NCBI GenBank assembly: GCA_903813345.2
Contig: CAIIXF020000001.1
Span: 43,090,001-43,154,000 of the forward strand
Direction of reading: 5' to 3'
DNA length: 64,000 nucleotides
From: Owenia fusiformis
Taxonomy: Eukaryota
The notes beneath the pieces are model-generated. The model saw only the letters and a list, made by a program, of their open reading frames with translations. It did not search any database and was not told where the DNA came from. A program made the position numbers and the translations under genes. Positions 30,101 to 42,100 of the stretch are shown piece after piece; the stretch's first letter is position 1; each line of letters opens with the position of its first letter.

Positions 30101-33100
30101 AATTTATTGATGTCAATCAATGTAATATTGTCAATCAATATATTAATGTCAATCAATATATTAATGACTCATACAAGAGTCAATCAAATATTAATGTGCT
30201 AAAATTGCAATGCTTTGTGAATAAGGCCTCAGATGAATCTGTTATATATATATATGAGTCATTCAATTTATTAATGTCAATCAATATTTTAATGTCAATC
30301 AATATATCAATGATTCAAATAAGAGTCAATCAATATACAAGTATTAATTTGCTAAATATTGCAATAACTAAAGAAGCACATTATACTGACTGTCATATAT
30401 GTTGATGTTATATATTTTCATGCAAAATGTTCACCATCTGGGTTGACCATGTGAGGTGTACTTTGATTTGATACTAGTCCAAAGACATTCCCCTCCATTA
30501 AAAACATCATTCTCTCAGTCCTTATTTCAACTTTCTCTGCCGATTGTCTCACATATGATCTTGGCATTTGCCTCACATATGATCTTGGCATTTGCCTCAC
30601 ATTTGACTGACTGCTTGTGCTGTTTATTTCCTGAACACAGAGTTCTTTTCTCACATCTGTAGACATGATACAACTTTCAACAGTTTCTTGTCCTACAGTA
30701 TTTCTTTGTGTTTCTACAATGGTTATGTTTTGTCGGGTAGGTTGAAAAACCTTTGTTTCCTCTGTCTTGACATTAGCAGTGTGGATGACACTTCGCGATA
30801 CTTTTATATTGGAAATCTCACTCATGTCATTAGATATTTGCTTCTTTTTCTTTCTTATTACCTTTGTTCTGGAAAATGGACTTATTTTATCAAAGTCATC
30901 ATCACTGTCAAAGATTTGACTGTTTTCGGTATCTGTCACTTTGTTTTTCTTTATAGTGCTAACATGTTTCCTCTTCAGCTCAACAGTGTTGTTCATGTCA
31001 TCTGTAATACTCTCTGAGAAAGTGTGGATTTTTTGGACCATATGAGTGCCATAATTAGCAGTCTGTTGTTCTTTATTTGTTGTTGGTGTTGCATCAACAT
31101 GGTTTTGGTCAGCAGTGGCAGTCTGTAGAAATGTTTTCCTTCTACATACAGGTTTTCTTTCAGGGCTTTCTCGTACAAATGAATTCTCTGAGCTCTTTGC
31201 TGACTCATGACGAAGATTTGGATCAGATTTTGCACTATTGGGTGCAGTGGGAATATTGGCAGGCAGTGGCATTGGTGGTCTTTTTTGTACTCTGAACATA
31301 TCTCTAATATTTTGTTTCGTTGAAGTATCTAGATTTTCATATAAGGGCGTATTATGATTGATTAGTTTTATTTGGCTCATTGGCCTAACCTTGTTTGTTA
31401 TCCTTTTAATTAAATATTTTCTTGTTGGACTTTTGGAGTCTGTTGGAGATGTTTGCTTTCCACTAATCACTGGGAAGATTTTTGTTGAAGGAGTATTCAT
31501 GTGCTGAAAATTCCCTCCATATGTATATGGTAATTCTTCATAATGCTCTTCATTCTCATCTTCATATCTTGTATTGGTTGGCATCGGTTGGTTTGTAAAT
31601 GAGGAATCTGAAGTGACCTCACCCTTGTCTGCCAATATGATACCAGCCCTACTTTTGTCAGGTGAATTTTCATCATAGCTATTTTCATATTGTGTTGGCT
31701 GGTTTCTGATATTTTCTTCTTCTTCATTATGCAGTTCTTCTTTCAATTCCCTTGATTCTTCTTCAGAAAAATCAGAACTTTCGGAATCGGAGTCAGAGTC
31801 TTTGTATTTATAAGGTAATATTATTTCTCCATTGTTAATGTTTAAATTGAAGTATGTTTTGTTAGTTTTTGTAAATTGAGAATCTGAATTTTCTTGGTGG
31901 GCAGTGACCTTATCCTTGTTAGGCAATATAGTATCAGTGTCTCTTTTGTCACTTTTCTCATTCCTGTCTGAATCTTCAGATTCAGAATCTGCAATTCTCA
32001 ATGTGTCATAAATGGACTTGGGTTCATATTTTTCAGTAGTATCTGAAGAATGTGGGTATATCACTTCATATTGTGTGGTGTTTGAACCTGAGTCAGAATC
32101 TAATTGTGAGGAACAATTAGAATCCGAGTCTGCATCTTTTAGAGAATCTTGATGTGGTAATAATATGTCTCCATTATTTTCTTTTTCATTGTTTGAGAAC
32201 TTATATTGATCATATTTCGCAAGGGCCTTGCTGTTTTCAGCAAATATGATATCAAATTCACTTTTGTCAGCTGAAGTGTCATCATAGCTATCTGAATCTT
32301 CAGAATCATTTGGAGATATTACTTCTCTGCTATTTTTGCTTACATGGTCATCTGTGACTATTGATAATAAGTCCATGGACGCACCATGCCTCTCACTTTG
32401 ATCAGAGACTGAAGGTTCAGTTGCTGTATCTGACACAAAATTTGTTCTTTTATCAACTGTTTGTACATACTTCATTTGATACATATATGGTAAACTGTCT
32501 TCATCACCATGGCTTGAAGGATTCAAGATGTCATTTCGATTGTTTAGAGCAATGTAATCAGTTGTGATGATTGATTGTAAGTCAACATGATCATTTGGGT
32601 TCTCACTTTCATCCCTTGAAGGTGGTTCTGCAGCTACACTTGTGACCCATTCTTCTGTTCTGTCTATTCTAGAACAAACCATCTTTGATTCTTCTCTCTT
32701 AATGTTAATGTAGGTAGACTCTGGAGAAATAGGTTGTACACACCTTTGAGTTATGCATCCTGCAGTTTGTTTTCCATTTGTGATCTTACATTTTAATTCT
32801 GTCACTTCATTTGTCGGTTCAATGGATTCTGACTTTTGTTTAATGTCCTGTCTTACCAATGGTTGTACTTTAGTATTACTTTCATCAGTATCACAAATTT
32901 CATCGAATTTATTTTGATAATGTATTATTTTATTGTTATTTCCATTTATATATATATTATATATTTTGGGGCGACGTACAACTTGAGAATCAGGAATAGC
33001 TTTGTCACCACTGTCATTTGATTTACTTGTATCTTTTTGGTTTGTGTCACCATTGTCATGTGATTCACTTGTGGCTTTTTTGTTTATGTCACCATTGTCA

Positions 33101-36100
33101 TTCAATTTACTTGCTTCTGTTTTGCTTGTAAGTCTTTTTGTGAAAACCTCTAATATTGGTTTTCCAATATATCCAACCATGTTTAAAATGTTATGTGCCA
33201 CAACAAAAATCGCATCTACTACCCCACGCCACATAATGAATCTGCAAAATCAAGGATGGTATTATTGAAGAGATTTTCAAAAAATGATTAAATTTAATTC
33301 AATCCTTCCCCTGTCAAAGGAAAGAGATTATGAATTATTACTGATTTGTCTTAACTAGCAGGTTATCCATTGAGAGCATATCCTTGGGTATACAACATGG
33401 TTAGACATTAAAATCACAAAAACCTGAGATTAACATATATTATTGAATGACAGTAAATATTCAAAGAGCAAATTGAATGTAAAGTTAATAGATGTAATCA
33501 CATATTACTGCCTACTTTAAGTTTTCTGAATTTTGTTGAAATCGAGCATAAGTGATCTTTTATACTTCCTTGTTTTTTTCTTGCTATAAAATATCTTATA
33601 CCTCTGATGACGTTATAAGTATGATTGTACATATTCATCTTAAACCTTTGATCCCACTGCATCTTATATCTATTTAAGTGAGTTATTTACCTGGATGGTC
33701 AAAAATAATGGTCTTAAAAACATTCGAAAAAACAAAATGTTGACATTACTCACCTTTATGCTGACGTATTCAATGTTAATTCGCCTGTTTTATGCGAGTG
33801 ATACTAGCTCAATTTCCAAAACATAGATTCATAACGTTTGTGTAGTTAATGCATAGTTCATTTCATAACATATTTATTCATATCTCATTGTTTTAGCCAA
33901 AATGTCCCATAAGGTGTAAGATATGTGCTGCCATTTATGAAATCGTCAGATAATTCCCATTTTTACTTGTTTAGGTCATAGTGATTTTATAGTGTTTTAT
34001 ATCCCCGTTGATGTCAAAAGACGTAAAATTCAAGTATTTTATTTGGACAAGTAATATTGCAAGCTTTTTGCTTCTATTCATTCAAGGTTGTTTATGAAAA
34101 TTCAGGGTCTTCCCCTTTAAAGTACAACTTGAAGGTTTTACATTTTCATACCAAATTTTTGTAAACACTTCTATATGTCCAACAGATTTTATATTATATT
34201 TATGTTACTTCATAAAATGAATTACTTAATATATGTTACAATGTTATGATGGAAATAGATTTCCATATACTAAATAGAATGCATCAATCCATTCAGATTT
34301 AAAATAAGCTGTTAAATTGGTTGCTCTTATCTCTGATTCTTGCTTTAAATGATATGAAGATGTCCTAACATCTTTGGTACTTTTTTGACCCAAGGGCTAG
34401 CCTCTGGGAAAAGACCAATATCGTGCATTATGTAACAAGCCAGATACCGATAAAGAAAAAGTATCTTAATTCAATGTTATATTTGATCAATGAACTTAAG
34501 CTCTACCAACTGAGGTACCTTAAATTCAGTTAGTGTAGCTGTCAAATGGGTATCCTATCATATTTCTTAAAAACTGAAAGCTTGATATAAATGTGCTTTA
34601 TGTTGTATCTGCACAACTGATACAAATATTTTATTGGAAATGAAATAATTTAAAAGATGTCAGTATGATATACCACAAATGTAGTCTTAGTGCTATAAAA
34701 TTCATTGAAATTATTTGTAGGATAATTGACTTTTTGGTTTAGCTCAGTAACAGGTGGTTTACAATCACTTATACAGCAGACTAAAGTAGAAAAATTACAA
34801 CACCCATTATTTAGTAATAAGTCCTTTCAGAGGATGAAATCATTTTGAATTTACTAGTAACTGTGCCAAATGTAATAGATAAGTGTGTGTCCAGTGAGGG
34901 TTGACTCCCAGCATTCTTTCTCAATCTTCTTTTGACCGGCATTAACCATATTGGTAATGATATTTCAATATTGTTCATCTCCAAACCAATCATTCAGTTG
35001 GGTGATGAACATTATACATGTAGTAATATTATTACCAATTCAGTCCATGGCAATCAAAGAAAGTTTGTTAATGAATTCTGGTAGCAAATCCTCCCTTGTA
35101 TGTATCTAGCCAAACACTGAACTTTGATTTACAATGCCATTTTAAACTTATTTCATGAATTCTGAGTTGAAAACACTTCATATTATTAGAAAATGTTACC
35201 TCAAGAGAAAAATGAAAGTACCGAAACAAGTTAGTGTGGCAAGCTATGACCTTTCTTACTCGCCATTAAATTTTAAACTCAAAGCACCATTTAGGAATAT
35301 AACAGTACCTAAATGCTCAGTTGATACATATAATTTGATTGTATTAATATTTAGTAATCAAAAGCAACCCTTTACATTTTAAAACCTCTTCTGTTTCTAG
35401 GAATATATGGGTTAATTTGACCAAAAATGGAGAATAGACGAGTTGCCAACTGGTGACATTCGTTCAGTGACAACACTTCACTTCTCAGTAATCTTGAAAA
35501 CTTGTTTTTCTTTAATTCAAGTTGAATTTTATCTCTATTCATCTTCATTGTTTAGTATAGATAAACAGATATATTTATAGACAGTCGGAACGTTGCTAGA
35601 CATACTCATTTGGCTCAGTGTCCTACAGTTGCTGGAACCCCTTATTCAGTTCACTCATGCATTGTACATAAGGCAAGGTGCATCATCTTTTTCATAGTTC
35701 AATAAAGAAGTACTTTGGTAAGGGAATTTAACATCTGAATTGGAGAAAAATAAGAGGATTTTTAGAAAATGTTGTGGTAATCCTGTATAGATGTTTGCCT
35801 AAAATAAGTTCTCTGTACTGCATTTTACATGGAACTGCTTACGTCTATTAAGTGACTTTGAAGTAGTTTAAGTGAACAGTTTAAGAAACTTTAGGAAGTC
35901 ATGTATCCATGTTTCATTTTACATTTTTATTATCCAAATCAAACCATTTAAAATTATGAATTGCAATTGGTTTACAGTTCAGCAAAGTTCCATTGTTAAT
36001 AATCAAATGCCATTTGATTTTGTTTGGAATATAACTATCAGTTGAAACTATTGGTGAAGATATTTGTACATTAGGACCACCTTTTAGAGATAATATACAA

Positions 36101-39100
36101 GGAGTGATCAATAAGTAATAGACCCTTTTTTACAAAGGTGGTTTTTATTGACCAATCTCTTACTGCATGTAGGTAAGATCATACTAGTAATTGATCTCAC
36201 ACATTCAAAATATACCATGAATTATGTTAGACCTGCTTCAGGCCATTGTGACCCCCTTACACACCCCACCCCACAAGCCAGATGTGAATTGGAAGTAGGA
36301 AGGATAGGGGGCATAGACTTAATGCCAACCCTTTATCTTGAGAATTCCTGTGTAAATAATATACTTTGCTTGGTACAAAAATAAAACTGATTTCCCAATA
36401 CAGCAAGGACTAATTGAGCTCTTGTGTCTTTTACTCCCATCGTGGTAAGCCACGCCCTCTCCATCTCTATCCTTCTGGATATCTGCGATGCAACAGAGAG
36501 AGATGCTATGAGTATCAGATTGCTTTTACTCAGGATGTGATTGAATCTCAAAAACATATTTCTGATGAACATATAAGCCTCTTACACTCTATTTTTAAGT
36601 TTCTTGATTATTTGTTTTATTATTAATTGCAGGTAGCTATCTTAAAAAATACTATGTCTGAACTAAAACATTTAGGAGCATTTATTAAAAGTTTTGCACT
36701 TAATTTTACACATAATCTCAATTTTGACCATAGGAAATTGATAAATGTATAATTCAGTGTGAAAGTTTTGAGACATTACATTATACAATCGTCATGTACA
36801 AAATGAAACATCATGTACTAATATGGTAGGTTAAGTATATTAATTTGAAGTGCAACAAGTAGCAAAAATGACAAATAATGTAGTAGCATTTCAGGTAATG
36901 TGGATGGGTCTTATCAAAATCATGTTCAACAAGAAATCCTGATTGGTCAGATCTTGACAGGTGACTGGTACAATGGTATCTGGGGCCTGACCTGTTTCTT
37001 AAAGAATATGTGATTTGAGACAGTATTGCTCGATGACAAGGAGTTATCTCAAGTGGAAGCTTCGTCTAAAGTCCTGTGACTTTATCGCAATATCTGTCAT
37101 TCATATTTGCATTCTACTCAATTTATTTCTTTACAGTATTTGAGTTGCATAGTTCTATCGCTATCAGGGGACTTTGAGCCAAGTTGATAACATACTGGAC
37201 CAGTCCAGATAACACTATAGGGATCACAGACCCTTGTTTCAAACCCTAAAATCCTTAATCTGTGTGATAAGAAGCCACAAGTAATGTGTGAGAGACTCGT
37301 AGAGATAGGCCCCATTATGGGCTCGTCCCGAAGCCACATTGTCCAACACTACTTGAAAGTGCAGCCATCTGATTGGTCGACACCTAGCCTCTCACCCCTA
37401 TATATGATATTGAGCAGTGTGTAGATATCATGAGTAGCTGACACACAGCAAGCCAGTCAGTCAGACAAGAGGAACAACCTAGATGAGCATCACCTTGGAC
37501 CTACAGACAAGAATACCTGGGATCCACCCCCTTGGGATCTCAATACAGTGATACAATAGTCACTATCATGTGTACAAAAGAGGACAATATAGACACATAT
37601 AAATTCTACAGGACATTTGCTAGAGGTGTTGCGAAGATACTGCTCAATTTATGCTCATATATAGGGGTGTTTATTGCGATAGTAGTTTGGTGGGCGTCAC
37701 TAATCAAGATGGCTGCCATGTCCAGTTGCGCTGGAAGGTTTGGTCTAAGCATACATTTATTGCCAGATCTAACTCTTCCAGCTCAGCTTGACAGGTCTTT
37801 ACACACAATTACAGGTGGAATGTATGACACAGGTAAATCACAGGTAAATCTAAGGTGAACAGGTAAATTTTGGGCAATAGTATAACAAGTAACAAGTAAA
37901 CAGGTTCATCTGAACAATTAAAGATGGCACTACTGTTAAAACTTGAAGCATCATTTAAAAAGTATCAATTAAATCCAATATTTCAGTTAGTCAATTCAAA
38001 TTAATGCAGGAACAACCAAAAGTAATTTATATTAAGACAAATCAAAAATTTTATCTGAATTCAAATGAAATGACAGTGCTCAAATCATATTATCAAAATT
38101 ACTCATTATACAAATTTGACGCTTAAATGTGGTGGTATTAGTCATTTATCATCTTGTTAGATTTGATAATATTAGATGAATCATTCAAGAATTAGGTAAC
38201 TCAACATTGGTAAGTTATATGGCATGAAAATAAGGGATTTTAACACTATTAATTCACAAAATTAATTTAGATTGCATCATTGTATGCAGTTAAAAAGCAA
38301 AAAGTGTCAAGAGTAGCAAATTATTTCAAATGTCAGCTTTGTACATTCTAGGGGTGGGGCTTGACACGATATATTGTTACTGATTAACTTGCGATTTTCA
38401 GAATTTGTAGCTATAATAGTTTGATCTAAAAACGTCTTAAAATTAACAAATAAAAATGGCGATCTTTGTACATATTTAATATTATCAGTTGACTCGGTGC
38501 TTGTTGCTAACGATCAAATTCAAAAGAGACACTTTCTCAATGTGGTCAGAGTCTAATTCGGTTCACGAAATAGCTAAATATTGTCTAGAATTAATTAGTC
38601 TGAGAGTTAAACATTTCAGTTTAAGCACAGGAATTCACTTGAGGCTTTCACTTGGATATCATTAAAAAGTGAAATATTAGTCCCCTTTTGGATGCAACTT
38701 GAACTTTGCTATTGGTTTTTAAACTTAATGACATGAAATTTTAATTTATGACTCCCACCTCTAATTTTTAACTCCGATAAGATTAAATTATCACATCTTA
38801 CTAATATAACATTTATCAAGAGTTATTAAGAATGATTTTAAGATATATGTTCATACTGGGTGAATTCTAGAGTAAACACTTTGTTAACTTTTCAAGACAT
38901 TTTTAAACAAATTATGACATGGGATTGTGAACTGGGACCCTGTAATCAATCACCAGTTAATGGCTTGTATTGGTAAAATTCAATTTTTCAATTGTGTTCT
39001 AAGATAGATATCAATGAAGTACGTGGGCTAACATTTTTGAATGGCCTCAGATATCATTTAGATTACAACGAACATTGAAAAGCATATTCTGAGAAATTCT

Positions 39101-42100
39101 ATTTTGAGAAGTAAGATAGTAATTGATAAAGGGGTAACTGATTTTTTTATATTTATTTATCAAGTTATAGAGCTAGGATCCAGTAGGAGCAAACAAACAT
39201 GTTCTTAGTAGAGGACTGAAGTGATATATGGTTTTAAGGATATTAGCATACTAGACCCTTATGTGTACAACAGTCAATGGAGTTAACACTAATACCAACA
39301 AAGCAAACAATGCGTATTTAACCTCATGATTACTCTAGGCTTTTATGTGCATTATAGTTGGGAATATCATTTAACGAACATATGTCTAACAGGTAGATTA
39401 CCTTTCACTTGCCATTAAAGTTAGACTACATAGTGGACTACATTGTGGCTTCGGTACACATGTTAATCTAAGCAGTGAGATTTTGAATTCGCATTTTGGT
39501 TTCTTTTTACTAACTTGAAATTTAGGATTCATTTAAAATCATAGATTGGATGAAGGAAGGATACATAGTGAACTTTGATAGGTTTGATGAATTTTGAATG
39601 ATTTTGAATGTTTTTTTTCATTAGTAAGTAAGGCAGGTTTTATATTTGACTTACATTCAGAATTGAGCAGTTATACAATATTGATTTCGGAAGATTTGAA
39701 TAATTTTTATTGATTTACACTCTTAAGTTAGATTTAGATTTAGCTAAAAAAATTATAGACTTTGGAACATAAGTTAAAACATGAGAATTATAAATGGTTT
39801 TGAGCTGAGCGTACATCGAATTGTTTGCTTAGGTTGATATGTCATATTTGACTAGGGGTACAAATCCTTCACAGGTCTGTGGCCTATATCAGGTACTTCA
39901 GTGTCAAGTGATTCAAATTTACACGGCACAACACATGCTTCAAATCTAACAGCTATTGTTTCTGAACTAGTTAGAAGAATCACATGACCTAATTTAAGCC
40001 AATCAGATCAAAGGTCTTGTGATATGTGATAAGCGGTAAGGAGTGTTGAGTGTAATCTCAAGATTGAAGGTAGGAGTGGCAAATGACATGGGACAGAATT
40101 TACCGACTTTGAGTTAACTTTGTTCAATTCAGTTCAGATAGATTTGTGTCTCGGGGACATTGGTTCACTTTGACTGATAACACTAAGATTATTGTAGAAT
40201 TGAAGATATGGAAGTTCATGTAGTTTGTTGGTATTTTGAACTATGACTTGGTGTAGCATGGTCACAGTGGAATTCAAGCTATTGGTGAGATAAGTACCAT
40301 ATATGATAGGAGTTTTCTATTGGAACATTGAATAATAGATAAAGATATAACATATAACCGAGCATTTACTGATATTAAGATATTGCCTGATGCTGATATT
40401 GATATTATTGAATTATTCTGGTCTTACTTTCTCTTTCAGTATTGCAACTTTTTAATTCTTTGACAAATTTTATCTGTAAACTGTAGACTTCTACCTGTTT
40501 AACTTATAAATGTAACCTGTGATTGAATTCAATACATATAAGATGCTGGATATCGCAAGCACTGGTAGGGCAGTGGAGAAGTCTTTATCTCGAATCGTTA
40601 TATTAACAGATGAGATTCAACTCCTCCAACTGCCAAACCAATGCACATACAACAACCAGGAGCATCTTACACAACAGGGAGCAGCACAAACAAAATGGAG
40701 CAACTGAAATATCATGTTTATCACATTATTCAACAAGATTTGGACACCAAGCAAATAGTGGACATTTTATCAAGTTTGTCTGTTATGGACATTACATTAT
40801 CTATTACAGATTTTTTTCAATCTTTACAATATCAAAATAAACCTCTCACTTGGGGTATTTAAAGTATATATTTGTTAATAACTTCTGGTATGCGGTTACT
40901 TTTGTATTGTACTGTAATATAGAGAAAAGCTGCAATTGTAATTTCATGTAACCGCAAAATGAAACTGTCTGGTTTTTACATGTAGGTTGATTGTTCAATA
41001 TCTAGACTTGATTGCGAATTAGCCGATATATTGAATCAAATATGAACATTTCAGTTACGAGGGTCCAAAGTACTATATTTTGGAGCACACTTATCTTGTT
41101 CAAATATGGCACTCAAGATACTGGTATACTCAACATGCATGTAGATAGAGGACAAATTACTTGTACATGTATATTTTGGGCTTAATAAATGTTTGAAACA
41201 AAACTTGTATGTTTGTGTGGTTGAATGTGTAGTATGGTAGCAGTATTGTACTCTCTTTTGTCTATATTGTACTTTCTTCTTTCCATATTGTACTCTCTTG
41301 TTGTAAAGATTGTGCAACCCCCTGTATAATTCCCACTTATGTTGAGGCTATGTAATCCCTCAATAAAGTAGCCCATCAACCTTATCCCAGTGTCTCCTTA
41401 AGGAGAAGTTATTTGTCCAAATTATATATGTCCCCAACTTTGAGACTTCAACCTGTGTCCAAAGCTCTCAATATAGAACACAGAACTAACTGTGATGTGT
41501 GCTTTACTGGTATTTATATTTTCTTTGTTTGCCTAATTTTTCTCTAATATTACTTTATTCAAAAATCTGAAGTCCCTACAGCTCTAGTTCTTTACAATGA
41601 ATATTAAAAAAATGTCCAATAAAATAAAACATACTAAAGTACATCTTAAATTCTGTGTATATTGTATCGTATATCAGTCAGTCATTCTGTGAATATTACA
41701 GGTATATGTTTATATTAGAATAGCAAAATGATTTTACTGAAAGGCATTATTCAGAGGAGCTTATTTTTTAGGAAAGTTTCCTAAGGGGGACATAACTAAA
41801 TGCTATAAAATGCATTTTCCCATACAAATGATCTGTCTTTTTGAGAAAATTATGATTTGTGTCCATGTTTAACTATCATGCAATCATAACCAAGTATGTC
41901 CTCTGTCATTCAATAAAGTTTCAGTCAAAACTCCCCACGAAAATCAGAAGATCTTACCTGTTGAATATGCCATCAATAGAAAATGTCACAAATTGTCATT
42001 ATGATATTGAGAGATGGAAAAGGGTCAAATTTTTCAAAGAAAATGCACCTAATCATATCAAATCACGTGTTGGGACTAGACCAAAATCAAACCACTTGTG

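Noticed and set aside
36975..37040. TGAGACAGT, miR-1994-like 5' end in a weak hairpin
   Set aside because: Only the first 9 nt match and the pairing is poor.
37532..37858. 108-aa ORF with a hydrophobic segment
   Set aside because: TTG start and overlap with the mir-750 hairpin; better explained as pri-miRNA sequence.
40519..40862. Three overlapping 62-76 aa ORFs
   Set aside because: They overlap or flank the mir-1175 hairpin; no independent coding evidence.
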